Below are positions 61,428 to 64,000 of a DNA stretch of 64,000 nucleotides, piece by piece. Under the pieces are notes generated by a model, which had not been told where the DNA came from, searched no databases, and saw nothing but the letters and a program-made list of their open reading frames with translations. Both the position numbers and the translations under genes were made by a program. This DNA is from Ptychomitrium polyphyllum (lineage: Eukaryota): NCBI GenBank assembly GCA_973851085.1, contig OZ316775.1, positions 13,268,001 to 13,332,000 of the forward strand, given 5' to 3'. How positions within the stretch are numbered: the first letter of the stretch is position 1; every line of letters begins with the position of its first letter.

Positions 61428-62242
61428 TCTCTTCTCCCCACCATCACCCCTCACCCACAGTCATCAACCAAATGCAAAATAACGCCCACCTTAAATTTAA
61501 CCGTCCTCAACTCTGCAAGACTCCGTTATTCGAGTAAATCTGAAATCCGGTCTCATCGAGAAGATTAAAATCGGTACACAGAGCGTATGTACTGTGAGAG
61601 AGTGGCAGAAAGAGTGCTTGGAACGCAACAATGCCGGCCTCCCCGAGATGGGCTTTGCAAGGACAACGGCACTCTTGAGCTGAGGAATATTTTAATTTCT
61701 GCACACGGTACAGTAGTTTCAATTTTTCAACCCATACATTGCATAGTCCAGTGAATGGTCCCAGTGGTATGTATTGAGATAGTGTAAATAATTAGAGTCC
61801 CACCACATTAACATAGCACGGTAACAGTGACAACCTCCAGAGTACACCCCATCTTCGCAGCATGGATTCACGTCACTGCAGTGTTGGTTCGGAATTAGCA
61901 GTTCACAGTCGTAATCGCAGGTTCTTCCCTCAGGAACCACACCACGTACAAAATGAATCACACACTCCCATCAAAAAGTCTTGCCCTCACCGGAATCGAC
62001 TGTGACTGTCGCTGTCAATAAATACAATAGCGGTTAATAATGGACGGAGAGGAAGCGTGGAGCATTTCGACGTGCTTTGGCTCTGTTCAATGTGACTGGC
62101 AAGCTCCACGAATCCACTGAGATTGTGGAGCTCTTCGCCCCTGAGACGAGCTCGAATAGCATCTCATGGAGAGTTCCGTTTCTCGTGTAGCTGAATTCGA
62201 GGGACAGAATCTGCACGTGATCATTGTGGCAGCACACCGGAA

Positions 62243-62436
62243 GGTTTAATTGACACCGGCAGAGCTTGGACAGGATTTGCATTTATTGTTGTATCCATCC
62301 GCTCCTACGTGTGTTGTGTAGAAATATTGAAATATATCAGGTTTAATTGACACCGGCAGAGCTTGGACAGGATTTGCATTTATTGTTGTATCCATCCGCT
62401 CCTACGTGTGTTGTGTAGAAATATTGAAATATATCA
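62243..62436. repeat. Perfect 97-bp tandem duplication (62243-62339, 62340-62436)
   Basis: ggtttaattgacaccggcagagc...gtagaaatattgaaatatatca occurs twice at offset 97. Confidence 0.95.
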
Positions 62437-64000
62437 AAGAGAAGTTATTTAAAAGCTTACAATACATACAATAATGCATCTAAGCATACATTCATCTTCA
62501 TGTAATTAACAATATTAAATAACACAACATAAATACAACAACATAGGAGATAAAGAACTTCAAAGAGATGTAAACAAACGCTCTCCTCCCAACCAAGTTA
62601 TCTCTTCCTATATTACATAAATACTTATACAAGTGAAAGAATGATAACTACTCCCTTAAGCCTCTCTTATATACATCTACAAAGACCTTCTTAACTTAGA
62701 ATCTTTTAGATAAAGTCTTAAGCTATCTAATGATGTTTCTATCTTTTCCTACATTAGAATTCATATGACCTTCCTAAAATAATAAGCATGTATTATTTCT
62801 AATGTCTAATATCACCTATTAGATATTTAATTTATTAAATAATTATCATACAATAGTAGATGAATTCTATCTATACTTCTAACACTTCCACTCAAAGAGA
62901 TATTCTAGGATTGTGAAATAATCCCATAGTAGCCTTGAATTTTAAATGTTTAATATTTGAAAGTCCTTTTGTAAGTATATCTGTTGTTATATCTTCAATT
63001 CTACAAAGTTCAATTTTCAAAATATTTGCATTAATCTTTTCACAAATGAAGGGGGAGTCAATTTCACATGTTCTATCCTTCCATGAAAAAATAGGATTTT
63101 TAGTAATGCAATTGAACTTTGATTGGCATTATAAATAATTGTAGGCTCTTTTTGATTGCATCCAATGTCCTTCAATAATCTCCTCAATCAAACAACTTCT
63201 TTCATTGCTTTATTTATAGCATAATACTCAGCTTTTCTTAATGATTTAGCCATAGAATTTTTTTTTTACTACTCCAAGTCATAGCTCCATTGCAAAGAAG
63301 AAACAAATAACCTTTAGTTTAACAACAATCATCAATATTACTTCTTCAATCAGCATTACAATATCCAAGAAGAATAATACCTTGATTATTTCTTAAATAA
63401 CAAAATTTATCATTTATGGTACTTTTTAGGTACTACAATATGCTCTTGACATCATTCAAATGTTGTTGATCAAAGTTTGCCATATATTGACGAACATTAT
63501 TTGTTGCTTATACAATATTGACTCTAGTTTTAAACATAGAATATATAATATATCCAACTGTATTTGAATATGAAATTTTTCTTATGGCTTCTAGTTCAAT
63601 ATCAATTTGAGGGCACATATTCTTGGATAATTTCCCTTTTGAATAAGTGGAGTTGCAGCTCGCTTATAACTAATTACTAAATATATTGATACTACATGTG
63701 AAATGTATTTGCTTTGGTTTAATTTGAATACCAATGAAATAGTGTGTTTCACTTCCATGAGTCATTTTGAATTGTTTGAACAAATGGATCTTTATATTCA
63801 TAATGAAATCCTTACCATTGTAAAATAAGAATATATCATCAATATATAAGGCCATTAGAACATAGTTTGTGTTGTTCTTTATAATAAAGATACTATGATC
63901 AATTGTGCTCTATATATAGCCTTTTGAACCAAAATACTTTGCAATTTTTTGGTTCCAAGTATAAGGTGATTGCTTTAAATCATAAATGGTCTTTTTTGCA
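62414..64000 (-). mobile_element. Decayed Ty1/copia retrotransposon 3' end (RT, RNase H, PPT, 3' LTR about 62414-62884), running off the window
   Basis: The minus strand gives ALYIDDIFL..FKMTH..YFIGIQI (RT YVDD-type motif), LCNGAMTWSSKK, NPIFHGRIEH and DILTKGL. Then purine tract ttgagtggaag followed by TGTTAGAAGTAT at 62884, a TATA-like gtatataagag inside the LTR, and the matching terminus tgtagaaatat at 62414. Confidence 0.85.

Noticed and set aside
62102..62132. Small hairpin agctccacgaatc-cactga-gattgtggagct
   Set aside because: A 12-bp stem with a bulge is too short for a miRNA precursor and plausible by chance.

Overview
Eukaryotic, intron-rich land-plant genomic DNA. A moss or other bryophyte is the best guess, inferred from gene content and the AT-rich decayed LTR retroelements. 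Genes: a secreted GH3 beta-glucan exohydrolase (6564-9857 +), a divergent WOX13-type homeobox gene (10877-11733 +), a ~26-exon uncharacterised ARM/HEAT-repeat gene (15500-24250 +), a DUF1295 steroid-5-alpha-reductase-like gene (28861-31678 +), two CDC48/p97 genes (38021-43162 + and 48789-53784 -) and an ARM-only PUB-like gene (60013-61427 -). Decayed Ty3/gypsy and Ty1/copia remnants and solo LTRs lie between them. The standout structure is a tail-to-tail CDC48 palindrome: two 5208-bp arms (38791-43998 and 47953-53160) look identical through introns and 3' flank, while promoters, exon 1 and most of intron 1 have diverged. This suggests an old duplicate homogenised by gene conversion, although assembly homogenisation must be excluded. 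The spacer carries a mosaic of plastid DNA (trnA intron, petA) and a 200-N gap flanked by a 1739-bp exact duplication that is probably an assembly artefact. Exon boundaries were read by eye from GT..AG signals and recalled family homology; no searches were run.
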